This document shows positions 37,201-50,646 of a stretch of 64,000 bases of DNA, in pieces. The stretch's first letter is position 1, and each line of letters opens with the position of its first letter. The stretch comes from Octopus sinensis (lineage: Eukaryota), in assembly GCF_006345805.1 (NCBI RefSeq), contig NC_043013.1:15500001-15564000 (forward strand), written 5' to 3'. The notes under the pieces were generated by a model. It did no database searches. It was not told the origin of the DNA and worked only from the letters and a program-made list of their open reading frames with translations. The translations under genes were made by a program, and so were the position numbers.

Positions 37201-38138
37201 CTGATAAAAGTGGAAGCCAAAAATAGATCAATAACAAATATTGACACGTTTAATTATTATTATTGCTGTCATTGATCCTAATACGATTTGATCAAAAACT
37301 TTTCAGCAGAAAAAAAAAAGAAAAACTATCAGAGATGCCTTCCTTCAAATACAAACTGCAGGAAATACTTAAATACTTAAACACACACGCACACACATAT
37401 CAATAATTTTTCTTCAATTGATGCAAATTACCTAGGCCATAATTAAGTTCTATTCTTTTTGTATACTTCAATGTCCCTTGGGTACTTTAGCTAAGATAGA
37501 AAAATTGTCCAGATATTCATGCCTATTGAGGCAGAAACAGGCGTCCGTAACTGTCGTCTTTTATGCAAACAATAATTTTCCTTAATGACATGTCGACTTG
37601 GAAAGAGATTATAATTTTTAGATTATCTCCCTTTCTCACATAGACTGGTACCAGCTCCATGTGGTAATTGTGACAAATTCTCTAGAGGCAGAAAATAATG
37701 TCAATAAATTAAGAATTTAAGTTATATGATATTTGATATAACCGTATATTTTTCGTGTGTGTTTCTGAGTGTGAATGCGCGTGCGTATATATATATATAT
37801 AATATATATATATATATAAAATCTATATTTTTGTTATTTTTCATTTGTCTTGCTCGCTTACGTTTCTGGTGTGCTAAATTTTCTGGAGAACAATTCTTAG
37901 TGGTTGAGGCCATAGCGGATCTTCTTCTAGCATAAGGGTTTCCACATAGTGGTTAAAAAATTCCCTCTTATATTTATGTATGAAATACTATTTACTGAAT
38001 CTCAATCTTTTTTATATGCTAGACCACTGGTGTTAAAATTGATGTTATCAAATTAATATCCAATTTTTCACCCTCATTTTGATTTTAATTTTAAATATAT
38101 ATATATATATATATAATTATATATATATATTATATATA

Positions 38139-38176
<38 letters not shown>

Positions 38177-38661
38177 TATATTATATATATATATATGTGG
38201 TGTGTGTGTGTTGTGGTGTGGTGTGTGTGTCAGATATTAGTTAATTGATTAATTAATACGCAAACTTAAGCTGCTCAGTTTCAGTAATTCCTGAGATACC
38301 AGAATGTAACATCCATAGAGCCACAGCGTGTGTGCCAGATATTGGTTAAGTATAACTTTACATATCTGCGACCGAATAATCTGTAAAGTATTAGCCGTTT
38401 TAAACCTCCAACAAATTATCTCAGAAAGCAGGGTTTGTGCAGAGGCAGAGTCACATTTTCGTCCTTAAAACTTGTGCAACCAGTGACACAAGCCCAGAAG
38501 TGATCAGGATAGAGGATTTGTATAGAGTTATCTTCTCTTAGATGAGCAGCTAAAGAAGCTGAAGCGTCTCAAATGCCCTGAGTGCGTTGAGATGTCTGTG
38601 AATGACTTTCTTCTGGAGGAAATTTCGCGACATGCTAAGTAAACCATAACTGAGACATTCA

Positions 38662-38862
38662 CTGATTTATAAAACCTTATCAATAGCAATCAATAAGTAT
38701 GTAAATCTGTGAGCAAGCTAATAATGTTTTATAAATTCGATTGTAAATGTGGAAAGTAGTAAAATTGACGACTCCAACTGTTATATTGGCTATTCACTCA
38801 TTCATTGCTTACCGTGCACTTATAATAAGGAGCAACTGCAATGCATTACACCACATAAAATA
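38662..38862 (-). repeat. About 200-bp repeat, inverted partner of 46799-46998
   Basis: By-eye alignment shows only about 2 differences. Confidence 0.9.
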
Positions 38863-38991
38863 AGAGTAGTTCTGGAAACAATTGGTGTTAAGAGAGGGTT
38901 CACTACACATCAAAACTCGGGCTTCGCTACCGTATATAGCTTAAAGTTATATCTACGACTGATGCTCAAATATATCAATGAAAAACGTTAC

Positions 38992-39115
38992 CTGATATTT
39001 GGGACTGGTGTTCTGGTATCCAATCATTATTATTGTGGTCGATTCCACTGCAGGTTGTTTTCGGAATATCCCCTAATTCGTAGTGAGCGACCAAACCTTT
39101 TTTTACCACTTGCTC
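38992..39115 (-). CDS. Exon EQVVKKGLVAHYELGDIPKTTCSGIDHNNNDWIPEHQSQIS (0->1)
   Basis: GLVAHY strand typical of LamG/pentraxin-like termini; CAG|GTAACG donor, 124 nt. Confidence 0.88.
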
Positions 39116-39379
39116 CTGCCAATAGGTAAAGAATATAATGGTGTTGTTAATATTAAGGATCATCAAGGTCAGAAGTGAAAGTTTGCAGTGACATACAAAA
39201 TCTTCACAAGATACTTCTATAAATCGCTTTTAAGGTTAATCCTCTGTACAGTAGAACTATGCCATAGATACACAAAATATAAGGGGATGTAGAACAAGTG
39301 TGTGAAACATAGGCAGAAATGGAGTGGAAATATCTGAAAGTATACACACGTGCGTGCACCCACCCTAACAAGCACACAT

Positions 39380-39459
<80 letters not shown>

Positions 39460-39481
39460 ATTATGTGTGTATATATATATA

Positions 39482-39529
<48 letters not shown>

Positions 39530-40020
39530 TATACATATATATACATATATGTACATATATACATATATACACACATATATATATATACATATATATACAT
39601 ATACATACACATGTACAAACACAAGTACATATATACATACATATACATATACATATACACACATATATATATATATCTACGTATACACACACACTTGCAT
39701 ATACATATATCAGTTGAATAAAATTAAAACATAGCCTGGTTTTTACGTTTTTTATTATAGTATTTTAATATTAAGAAAATATTTTGTAATGCTCATTAAG
39801 TTATATTATCGCTTTCATACATAGTGTAATCATCAGATTTAAAATGTGTTTAACTGATAGTTCTGTTCTTGACAACTTTAATGCCTTTTAAAACGTTCGA
39901 ATAAGCGGGATTTTTAGAATACCTTTTTGACCAATCCGCATGCAACTTAAACATCACGGTTTGCCAGGTGTACCAATATTCTGTAACTTGTTTATCTTTA
40001 TATGTTAGAGATATTTTAAA

Positions 40021-40255
40021 AAAGGACAGACGAGTATGACATTGAGACGGAGAACAACACTACATAAGGAACAGATCCGGTTTACGTAATACAGACAGAT
40101 TCCTTTGAGTGAACACATAGAGAAATGTGCGGGCAATATACAATCAAACTTTGCAGTTTCCCCATCTACCAGTGTAAAGAAACAATTTCTATGCAAGAAC
40201 GTTTAAATAAAGAAAATTTGTTCATCGAAAAATACAGAACACGTCTAAATATGAA
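40021..40255 (+). mobile_element. Penelope-like GIY-YIG C-terminal fragment
   Basis: KGQTSMTLRRRTTLHKEQIR..YRQIPLSEHIEKCA is homologous to the end of ORF 55903-56313. Confidence 0.75.
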
Positions 40256-40919
40256 CGCATAACTATTTTGATCTAGTATATATTTCTTTGATCTCAGTAT
40301 ATATTTTAATGCATGATTACATACCCATCACTATACATATTTCTTTTCACTACTTTAGCTTTTGAGTTTTTCTGTATATTTATCCTCTCCCTGAAAGATG
40401 AACAATTACCTCCCCTGTTCAATTTAATAACAATTGCCAATTACTTCCTCTTATATTTTGCTACTTGTTGAATTATTCACGCATAAACTTCTGCACACAC
40501 AATATGAACTAAAATCTTCTCCAGAAAATACGAAATTACAATAATTTCAATGTCATGATTAGCGAAAGCGAAACCGGTAGACAAACACAGTATAAAATAT
40601 ATTAAAAGAAATATTAAAACTAAAAATATATTAAAAGAAATATTAAAACTATGTAAAGTGTGTGCATTTTCTTTCATTTAATTTGTATATATTTTTTTCC
40701 ATTGCAACTCACCACGTGGGGATAATCGAAATACCTCCCTTTGTGTGTGTATGTGTGTGTATATATATATATATATATTATATATATACACAAAGGGAGG
40801 TATATATATATATATATAAATAAATATAAGAGAGTGGTCACTATGTGGCTCACTCTATGGTGTTGAATAGGTATACTATTAAATTAGTATCTAATTCTCT
40901 CACCCTTATTAATTAATTA

Positions 40920-40950
<31 letters not shown>

Positions 40951-41031
40951 ACGTACATATAGATGTTTGCATACATATATATATATGTACATACATATAT
41001 AGATAAATACATACGCACACACACACACACA

Positions 41032-41067
<36 letters not shown>

Positions 41068-41289
41068 GGCATGCATCTAAGCTTGGACGTCATGTATATG
41101 CTGTTCATATGTGTACGCTTTTGTAGGTGAGTGCCGGTTGTATAAATATATGTAAGTATGGGTATATGTATAAACATATAGTGACACAGATATATATTTA
41201 AACATATCTATAATTATACATATATACATAAACACGATCACACGAATATACATACATATACATACACACACATATGGATGCATAAATAC

Positions 41290-41328
<39 letters not shown>

Positions 41329-41366
41329 CATATATCAATAATTTATAGACATATGAGCTCTCTTAC

Positions 41367-41447
41367 CGGTGAGTCGTTGACGTCATTGTTGAGAAAATTA
41401 GCAGCAATATCGCTTTCTGACAGAGCTTGGTTCCAAACTTTTACGTT
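41367..41447 (-). CDS. Exon: LamG C-terminus NVKVWNQALSESDIAANFLNNDVNDSP (0->0)
   Basis: VxVWNxALSxxxI motif, ttttattttctag acceptor, CCG|GTAAGA donor, 81 nt. Confidence 0.92.
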
Positions 41448-42897
41448 CTAGAAAATAAAAGAATATGATTGAAATTATAAATCATGAAATGACTTAATTG
41501 ATTTCTCAATCAGTCAATGCACATACATTTTCTCCAACATTGCTGCCTTGTTCCACACAGATAACGTTGGTAGAATTATTTTGAGTTTTGGTTACGTGTA
41601 ATTCTTATTCTCACTGTTTGTTACTATTGTTTGTGCCTGTCTGTGTTTGTCTGTGCGTGTGTGTGTGTGTGTATGTATGTGTGTGTGTGTGTGTATGTGT
41701 GTGTGTGTGTGTATGTGTGTGTGTGTGTATGTCTGTGTGTGTAAGTAAGATTCAGTCGAATTAGGTACTTAAATTGTGGCACCTCGTTAGGTTGGAATAA
41801 TATACACAAACGACAACAATATTATGTAAATATCAAACCTGGTACATAAGTACCGACCGGGTGATATTCCTGCAGTGTATGTAGACAATTAGACCCAGCT
41901 GAGTGAAGAAATCCGCTCTTGAGCTATTCAGACATGTACATTATATTAAATATACGGTCCAGAATATTTACGAAGGGCAGAATCTGAGACAGGTTAATAA
42001 ATATAAATGGGTAATAGTAGAGGTAAAGGTCTCAATCTGTTACGGATGTCTAGAAATTAAACAACTCCTTAAAAGATAAATCTAGACCAAAGGTTTTGGA
42101 TCCATTTTGGCCAAACGCCCCCTTTTGACCCTTGGAGTCACAAATGGCCTCCCTACAAAATATTTTCATTTTTCAATATACTACTTATTTTGATATCAGC
42201 AGATAATGATTAAAAAAATAAAGGTCGTTGTTTTATACATGAGCTTGTACGCAATCGGGAGTAGAAATGTACAAATTGAAACGCAAAAAAACCCCAATCA
42301 AACCAAAAAATAAAAAAAAAGCGAAATAATAAATGGTGACGCTTATGAGATCAACGTGTCTATCGAAAGAATGGTCTTTGGTACAAATAAATGCCAATGA
42401 AATCATTTCAAATCTTTCCGATTTCCCTTATCAAAACGAAGTTATTATCGCCCGGGAAGAGGAATTTTTATGCTGAAGATAGTGTATTTGATAGAAATTG
42501 TTGAAATACATATATATTTCAGATGAGTAGCAAATTGAGGACGATGGTATTCAATGTACTTGGATCTAGTTAGTTCGAGTCACAAAATCCAATAAGAATG
42601 AGTTTCCTACTGTAGAATGGATATATGAATACAATATCATGGGCTCATAAAAACCTATTAATGTTTACAGAACGGTTTCATGCTGAAAACATTCCAGAAG
42701 TGGAGAGGTAAATTAGCAATCATCGGACATAACTAAGTGTATACGTGTGTGTGTGTGTGCGTGTGTGCGTGTGTGCATGTGTGTGTGTGTGTTTTCTACG
42801 AGGGCCGATGTAGAGATAAACATTTTTAACAATAACCACAACAACATCGGAAACCGAAGTATAATTTATAAAAAGTTGAGTTCGAAATGTTATTTAC

Positions 42898-42987
42898 CTT
42901 GATCATACCACTGAAGCTAGTTCCAGGACAGCAAGGACCACCTCCGATCCAAAATCCGTTTGCATTGGCCAAGAAGTGTGGCTGTGT
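42898..42987 (-). CDS. Exon: LamG TQPHFLANANGFWIGGGPCCPGTSFSGMIK (0->0)
   Basis: IGG...FxGxI motif, attctcag acceptor, AAG|GTAAAT donor, 90 nt. Confidence 0.92.
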
Positions 42988-43602
42988 CTGAGAATATAAC
43001 ATAGATATTTGGTTTTAGTTGGTGACTGGAAGGAAATGATGTATTCGAAAAAGAAACGAATTAAGACAAAAACTGAGCATTATCTCGGATGTCTGGTAAA
43101 TGTACTTGGTCGGTTAGGCTAAATGCTGGGAGACTCTCGTTTACTTGTTTCAGTCATTTGACTGCGGCCACGCTGGAGCACCGCCTTTAGTCAAGCAAAT
43201 CGACCACAGGACTTATTCTTTGTAAGCCTTGTACTTATTCTATCGCTAAGTTACAGGGACGTAAGCACACCACCATCGGTCTTTATATATTGCTACTTGC
43301 AGTGTGATATCTCTGTGACTAAGAGACTTAACGTGCAGCTGCTCAGTTCCTCTGTTTGCGAACAAGTTTCCCAGGCTGCTAGATTTCACCACTGTATGTA
43401 GCGGAAGCAACACTGTAAAGTTGGCCAGCGTTTCATTAGTTTGAGGACTGAAATTCAAATACAGCAATGAGTACAGTTGAGAGTCGTAGGGTTTCTGATT
43501 CTATTATGGTACTCACTAAACTTAAAAGTGTGTCACAAACATTTAAAAATTGACAACTCAGTGTATGTTAGTGAAAAAGTGTTAAGAATCGATTATATCA
43601 CC

Positions 43603-44465
43603 AACCAATCAACCAACCAGCCAAGCAAGCTAGCAAGCAAGCAAGCAAGCAACCAAGCAACCAAGCAACCAACCAACCAACCAACCAACCAACCAACCAA
43701 CCAACCAACCAACCAACCAACCAGCCAGCCAACCAGCCAACCAACTAACTAGCCAACCAACCAACCAAGCAACCAAGCAACCAACCAAGCAACCAAGCAA
43801 CCAAGCAGCCAAGCAACCAAGCTGCCAAGCAACCAAGTAACCAAGCAACCAAGCAACCAAGCAATCAGCCAAGCAAGCAAGCAATATAGCTACCAAACAG
43901 TTACGTACGCAATAAAGTAATCAAGCAGTTAACATTAATTAACTAACCGACCAGCGAATTAACCATTTAGTCAACTAACTAACCAAGGAAGCTAGCAAGC
44001 AACCTTCCAGCCAACCAGACAATCAGCCAAAGAACCAGCCAGCCAAGCAACCAAGCGACCACGCAATCAACAAACTAACCAAGCAAGTAAGCAAGCAATA
44101 AACTAACCAAGCAACCAAGCAACCAGCCAACGGACGGACCGACCGACCGACCGACCGACCAACCAGTCAACCAGCCAGCCAACCAACCAACCAACCAACC
44201 AACCAACCAACCGACCGACCGACCGACCAGCCAGCCAACCAACCAACCAACCAACCAACCAACCGACCAACCAGCCAACCGACCGACCAACCGACCGACC
44301 GACCGACCGACCGACCAGCCAGCCAGCCAACCAGCCAACCAACCAACCAACCAACCAACCAACCAACCAACCAACCAACCAACCAACCAACCAACCGACC
44401 GACCGACCGACCAACCAGCCAACCGACCGACCAACCAGCCAGTCAACTAACCAAGTAAGCGACCA
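43603..44465. repeat. Compound tetranucleotide satellite (ACCA/ACCG/AGCA)n
   Basis: Direct reading; it produces the WLVG pseudo-ORFs. Confidence 0.97.
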
Positions 44466-44500
44466 AGCAAACAATCTACCAATCAGAAAAGAAGACATAC

Positions 44501-44725
44501 CTTCTTAGAATTAACCTTTTTCCCATTAGCAATTAAACTAATTTCAGTCCCAGTGTTGACCACTGCAACCGAATGCCATTGATGTACGGCGTACTGAGTG
44601 TCAGAAGAGGCCATTGGTAAGGTGCAAATGTTCGAGTCGTCTGGCGGACTGTAAAACGCTTGGAATCTTCCGTGTTGGTAGGCAATTCCGAAATGGTAGC
44701 AGTTATATATTCCACCAGCTATTAG
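44501..44725 (-). CDS. Exon: LamG core [19 protein letters not shown]...[27 protein letters not shown] (0->0)
   Basis: WHxVAV...xLxxNG motif, 225 nt open, tttcag acceptor, AAG|GTATGT donor. Confidence 0.92.
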
Positions 44726-44767
44726 CTGAAATATTAAAAAGAAATAACAAAAATAACAACAACAACA

Positions 44768-44811
<44 letters not shown>

Positions 44812-44823
44812 AGTAGTAGTAGT

Positions 44824-44855
<32 letters not shown>

Positions 44856-45015
44856 TAGTACTACTACTACTACTACTACTACTAATAATAATGATAATAA
44901 ATGCCCTGATGCAGTACCAATGCAATGGCTCTCATGGCTTTTAATCTATAGTGTTTTATTAAAGGTGAAGACCTTCAATTTATGAACTTGTTCAGCTTCA
45001 ACAAAATATTATATT

Positions 45016-45090
<75 letters not shown>

Positions 45091-45262
45091 ACACAGACAC
45101 ACACAGACACACACACACACACACACATACACACACACACAGAGACAGACTTACATATGTATAATATAATATTATATTATAGAACAAGAACAGGTGCAGG
45201 ATCAACAACTACCACTACCGCAACAACAGCAACAACAATAAAAACACCAGCTTTGATCTTAC

Positions 45263-45397
45263 CCGGTTTGTATGGTCCATCAAAGTTGGTTTCACCCAAG
45301 CCGCTATGGTATATTTCGGTCCTGGACTCCACTGGCCTAAATCTATGTAGGTATCGTTACCATCAAAAGAGCCACCACAAGAATATGGCGGTCCGAT
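45263..45397 (-). CDS. Exon: start of LamG/ConA-like domain IGPPYSCGGSFDGNDTYIDLGQWSPGPKYTIAAWVKPTLMDHTNR (0->0)
   Basis: FDGxDxYIDL...YTIAAWVKP is typical of Laminin_G_3-type domains; ccctag acceptor, CGG|GTAAGA donor, 135 nt. Confidence 0.92.
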
Positions 45398-46389
45398 CTA
45401 GGGATAGAATTAAAATATATATATAAAAAAGAGATACATGAATGGGAAGTATGGTGGGAGCTTCGAGAGCTTCGTCAGTTAAAAACAAAAAAATAAATAA
45501 AAAAGAGGTTAAAGCTCTTTCCCAAGATCTATGGACTCATAGGCCCGCTTTCCCGGTTTCTGTGGCGTAAACACTTCCCACCTGGATGCGACGCCAACCC
45601 ATCGCAGGAATACTCATTTTCGTCAGCTGAGTGAACTGGAACAATATGAAATGAAGCGTTTTATTTAAGAACACAACGCATCACCCAGTCACAGAATCGA
45701 AATCACAATCTTACGATCATGCGTTCAGCACCCTAACCACTAAGCCACACGCCTCTACTACCTTCGGCAATTACGACAATGGAGATTCACTCTCCCAATC
45801 AAGTGAATTAACGCGAAAGTGGCTGAGTATTCCATAGAGACGTGCAGCAGACAAAAAAATCAACCTTTTTGAATTATAGATACAATCCATCTGACGGGCT
45901 TCTGTATAGTTTCCGTCTACCTAATTTCACTCACAAAGTATGGGTCGACTCGAGGCTATAAATAATGACATTTTCCTTAGACACCCTGGATCTCGTGGTT
46001 GTGAAGCGCACTTCTTAATCATTCAGCCATACTCTTTGGTACAAATCTGTACCACCCTTCCCATAAACCCAGACAATCTTCACTGGCCTCTGATATTAAA
46101 TGAAGCATTTAATACTTATAGTATTCAATTTGTGTCTCCGGTAAACCGATTGGTCATTTCTTTCTCTGGTAATGGTCAAGTGATGTAGACCCCTCTATTG
46201 TGACCTCAATGGAGAGCGAAAATCGTTTAAGATTTTTCGTTATTTATTCAATCTACAGATAAATTGGTTAATTTGACATGCTTGTATGTCAACTCATTCG
46301 TTTGGGTTTGGGCATGTATGTGTGTGTGTGTGTGTGTACACATATATGGTGTTCTCTATATAGAATTGTGTGACCCCCTTCTGTCATAA

Positions 46390-46640
46390 ATGACAATGGG
46401 ATTGCACCTAAAAAGTTACCCTCCGAGGCACAAGTCTGGGCAAGGTTGTTTATGGAAGACCAGCAGTCGCCCATGCATACCAGCCTCTCCTCTCCACGCC
46501 ACCGATGTTATCCAAGGGAAAGGCAAAGGGGCCGATACAGCTTGGCACCAGTTACATCGCAGCTCTTTTATTAACGTGCAAGTGGCCGAGCATTTCATAG
46601 ACACGTGTACCCTTAACGTAGTTCTCGGGGAGATTCAGGT
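46390..46640 (+). mobile_element. Retroposon 3' end family; second copy 58590-58870
   Basis: Shared CGCCCATGCATACCAG.CTC.CCTC..GCCACCGATGTTATCCAAGGGAAAG. Confidence 0.7.
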
Positions 46641-47654
46641 TTGACGTGAGGAGAAAAAAGGGAGGAAGAGTTTGTAGTCCGTATGCTTGTTTGAGCATTG
46701 TGTTAAGCTATGAGTATTGCTTCTATTATTGATCAACTGTTTTTGTGAAGGATCTCAAAGACTATAGAGGTATTGTCTGCTGTTTTCCTATCTGGTATTA
46801 TTTTATGTGGTGTAATGCATTGCATTGCTCCTTATTATAAGTGCACGGTAAGCAATGAATGAGTGAATAGCCAATATAGCAGTTGGAGTCGTCAATTTTA
46901 CTACTTTCCACATTTACAATCGAATTTATAAAACATTATTAGCTTGCTCACAGATTTACATACTTATTGATTGCTATTGATAAGGTTTTATAAATCAGAT
47001 GAACATATACAAAATATACTCATGAAACAACACGCAAGTGCATACCGCTTAACTGTATATTAACACTAAAAAAAAAAAAGCAACAAAAACCATAATGATA
47101 TTTGTTCTGCGCCGAGTAACAGGCACTCTCGCCGTCAGAAATACAGTGAACCAATGATTAACTTTTGGGAAAAAGTGCAATCTATAACTAACGGCGTTAT
47201 AGTTCACCACTTGAGGTATAAAGTAAGTATAGTATAAAATAAATAAATGGTCGCGCTGTTAGAAAGCTCACTTCGCAACGATGTTGTTTCGGGTTCAATC
47301 CCCTTGGGTAGCACCTTGGACAAGTGTATTATACTATAGCCTCAGACCGACATATGTCTTGTGAGAGAATTTGGTAGATGGAAACTGTGTGGAAGTCCGT
47401 CGTATATGTTTGTGTTTGCTCCCACCACCTCTTGACAACCGGCGTTGGGTTTTCACATCACCGTCAATTAGCGGGTTGGCAAGAGGGGTAAATATAGATA
47501 CAAGAAAGTACTGGGGTCGATTTGCCTGTCATCAACGTAATACCTCTCCATGGTCACAGTTCATTTACTGAAACAAATGTAAGGTAAAAAATAAATAACA
47601 ATTAAAAAAAACAGTAACACTTTCTCGAGTGGGAGCAATGTATGAGTGACTCAC

Positions 47655-47779
47655 CTTGTTATTAGCGACACATCTAGAATACGTTTGACCTTTAAAGGTG
47701 AACGGAAGTTGGCACACATCTCTGGCGTTGTCACCTCCTGTAGCCTTAACCTGTACTAGTTGAACCGAGCGGCAAATAC
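47655..47779 (-). CDS. Exon GICRSVQLVQVKATGGDNARDVCQLPFTFKGQTYSRCVANNK: third EGF Cys plus N-half of fibronectin type II domain (phase 1->0)
   Basis: FN2 signature TGG...CxLPFxFxGxxYxxC, donor AAG|GTGAGT, 125 nt, phases match both neighbours. Confidence 0.9.
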
Positions 47780-48028
47780 CTAGAAGAGATAGATAGATGG
47801 ATAGAAGAGGGAGAGAGAGAGAGAGAGAGGAGAGAGGAATGGCTGTTTTAACTGAAGGTAGGAATATATATATATATAACATATATATATATATATATAT
47901 TATATATATAATATATATATATATAATATGTATGCATATATATATATATTATATATACATATGATACACACACACATATATATATACATACACATAATAT
48001 ATATACACATATATATAGATACAGAGAC

Positions 48029-48071
<43 letters not shown>

Positions 48072-49271
48072 ATATATATACTACATATGTATGTATGTAT
48101 GCATATATATATACGCATCACACACACACACAACACACACACACACACACACACATATATATTATAGAAAGAGAGAGTGAGAGAGTATATGTAGATATTT
48201 ATTAAAAAATGTGACAAGAGAAACAGGAAATGATGTTGTTCATTTGCATATCAGTACATTTCGTTGGAAACGCGTCTTAATTATGTAAATTACTCAACTG
48301 GAGTACTGAAACAGTGTGTGTGTAGGTCAATTGTAAATAAATATATATGCGTACGTTTAATCGTTCTGTGCAAACAAGTCACGAGATTAAATTGAGGTCC
48401 TTTCACCTTCTGTTTTCAGGATGGGTTTGAGACCTGCTGGTTTTCTGTCACCCTCATTAATGTTCTCACTAACTTTATCTACACTCCTACACAATAACAG
48501 CAACTGTGTGTTTACTTGATGTTATTATTATACGTTGCACAATATTCTGTATTGTGATGCTGTAGATTGAAGATATTGCGTGTAGCGGGTATTTGTGCTG
48601 TCTTTTTTTTTTGTTCCTTCTCGAGCCATGCCTGGCTCATAAGGGCCGGTTTCCCAGTTTCTTGGCGTATAGGTTCCCCACCTGGACGGGACGCCGGTCC
48701 GTCGCAGGTGAGCTGTAAGATGCAGGAGGAAAGAGTGAGAGAAAGTTGTGGCGATTGGGAGTGCGCAAACATAATGAGTTTTGGAATGAGACTTTGTGCC
48801 TTAACAATACCATAGGTATCCTCATGAAACACGTGTAGTCCGTAATATGAAAATTTTGGGATCACGAATATAAATAGTAAGTATATTATTTAACATTTTA
48901 TGGCTTGGTTGAGTTAATATCGTTTGGAGTTGATGAAGTTGTGGGTGTTTCTATCTCTAACAATATTTTGATATATATACATGTACACTGCAACATAATT
49001 TCTTTTCCTCAACAGGCCCTGCCCTATTTAACATTGTCCCGAGGGAGATCAAAGAGGAAAAGGATCCCATCAACTTCAAACAGAGTCTGGATAGATTCCT
49101 TCAAAGAATACCAGATAAGCCACCCATAATTGGATACAACTCACCCAACAAGAACTCACTACTTGAACAAAACTTGACTTAAACAGGATTCGAATAATCC
49201 TATCAGGTGGTGCTATTAAGTTAGACATGGCCTGGACCAATCTCTGGTCGAAACATATCTAAGTTTATCTA

Positions 49272-49316
<45 letters not shown>

Positions 49317-49573
49317 CAAATTATAGAGACGGAAAATGTAATATTCGGGAAACTTTATTGCTCAAAACGATCGTTTCGACTCATCCTAAATCTCGTACAT
49401 TTCCTTTTCCATTTCTATCATTTGTTCTATTACTCAGCAAACACTGAGAAATTCCTGAGGTAGATCCAGCGACAAATACCAGTGACGGGTTGGGGATTCT
49501 CTTCATTCGAACAATCATGCCCTCAACTCACAGCCATTAGATTACAAGAATATGGTTATAAGGATTTACTTAC

Positions 49574-49726
49574 CGGCATTGCTGCATGCAGCTTTCTTAT
49601 GTGCACTCTCCCAGTAGCCACAGTAGTCGTATTCTTCACAGAATGTACCTGTATAACCCGGACGACAAATACAGGTATCCGATTGGATGTCACAGGTTCC
49701 TCCGTTCTTGCAGTCACAAAAAAAGT
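49574..49726 (-). CDS. Exon: EGF domain FFCDCKNGGTCDIQSDTCICRPGYTGTFCEE plus start of split EGF YDYCGYWESAHKKAACSNA (phase 1->1)
   Basis: Classic CxNGGxC...CxCxPGYTGxxC motif, ctacag acceptor, G|GTAAGT donor, 153 nt. Confidence 0.9.
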
Positions 49727-50257
49727 CTGTAGTTTTTGAGACGGTTGTCGTGGTGGTGGTCGCAGTAGTGATGGTGGTTGTGGTGGTTTTGGTGGTGTTG
49801 GTAGTGGTGGCGGTGGTAGTAGTGGAAGTGATGGTGATGTCGGTGATAGCGGTGTTGGTGGGAATGGTAGTGGTGATGGAATAAATTGTGGTGTTGGTGT
49901 TGGTGGTGATGGTAGGGGGTAGCGTGGTTAAAAGGTATAGTTGGAAATGGTTGTGGACATGGTGTTAGTGGTTATGGCAGTAGAATAGGTTGTGTCATTG
50001 TTGTTGTCGGTGGTGGTGGTGGTAGAATTAATTAAGGTAGTGGTGAGGGGTAAGACGGCGTGGTATTGGTGAAAAAGAAGAGAAATAAATGAATTTTAAA
50101 AACATGCCACAGAAAAGAACAAAATTTTCACGAAAACATTTCAAGAAAAGACAAAACACCTTCAATAAAGTAAACGGAATTAAATACAAGTATTATATAT
50201 ATATATATATATATATTTATATTTTTATGGTTGTACTTTATAATCTCTGTCGAGGCC

Positions 50258-50289
<32 letters not shown>

Positions 50290-50573
50290 AGTACCTCATT
50301 TTCAACTGCCTATTACCTCAATACACTTGACTAATATAGGCAGAATGAGATGCTTTTATCTATAGGCTGAAACAGCTGTAAGTGATTTCAATAATTTATA
50401 TTCATGTCTTTTAATAATTGCTTGTATTCTTATTTTATATGCATAGAATAATATACCATATGTATGTATGTTATTATAATTATCATTTTAATAATAAATA
50501 AATAAGTTAACATTTAATATCCTAAAGTTGATGAACCAACTATTGTGCTTCTCCATTTTCTTATTTGTTATAA

Positions 50574-50646
<73 letters not shown>

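Noticed and set aside
37640-37681. 42-nt candidate exon (ENLSQLPHGAGTSL) with good AG/GT sites between exons 38992 and 37200
   Set aside because: Inclusion creates T+GA = TGA at the next junction, while the flanking exons already join in frame. At most a poison exon; there is no support for selenocysteine.
43246-43467. Open frame PQTNETLANF... after a plausible acceptor
   Set aside because: Wrong phase for the 0->0 LamG exon chain, which is complete without it.
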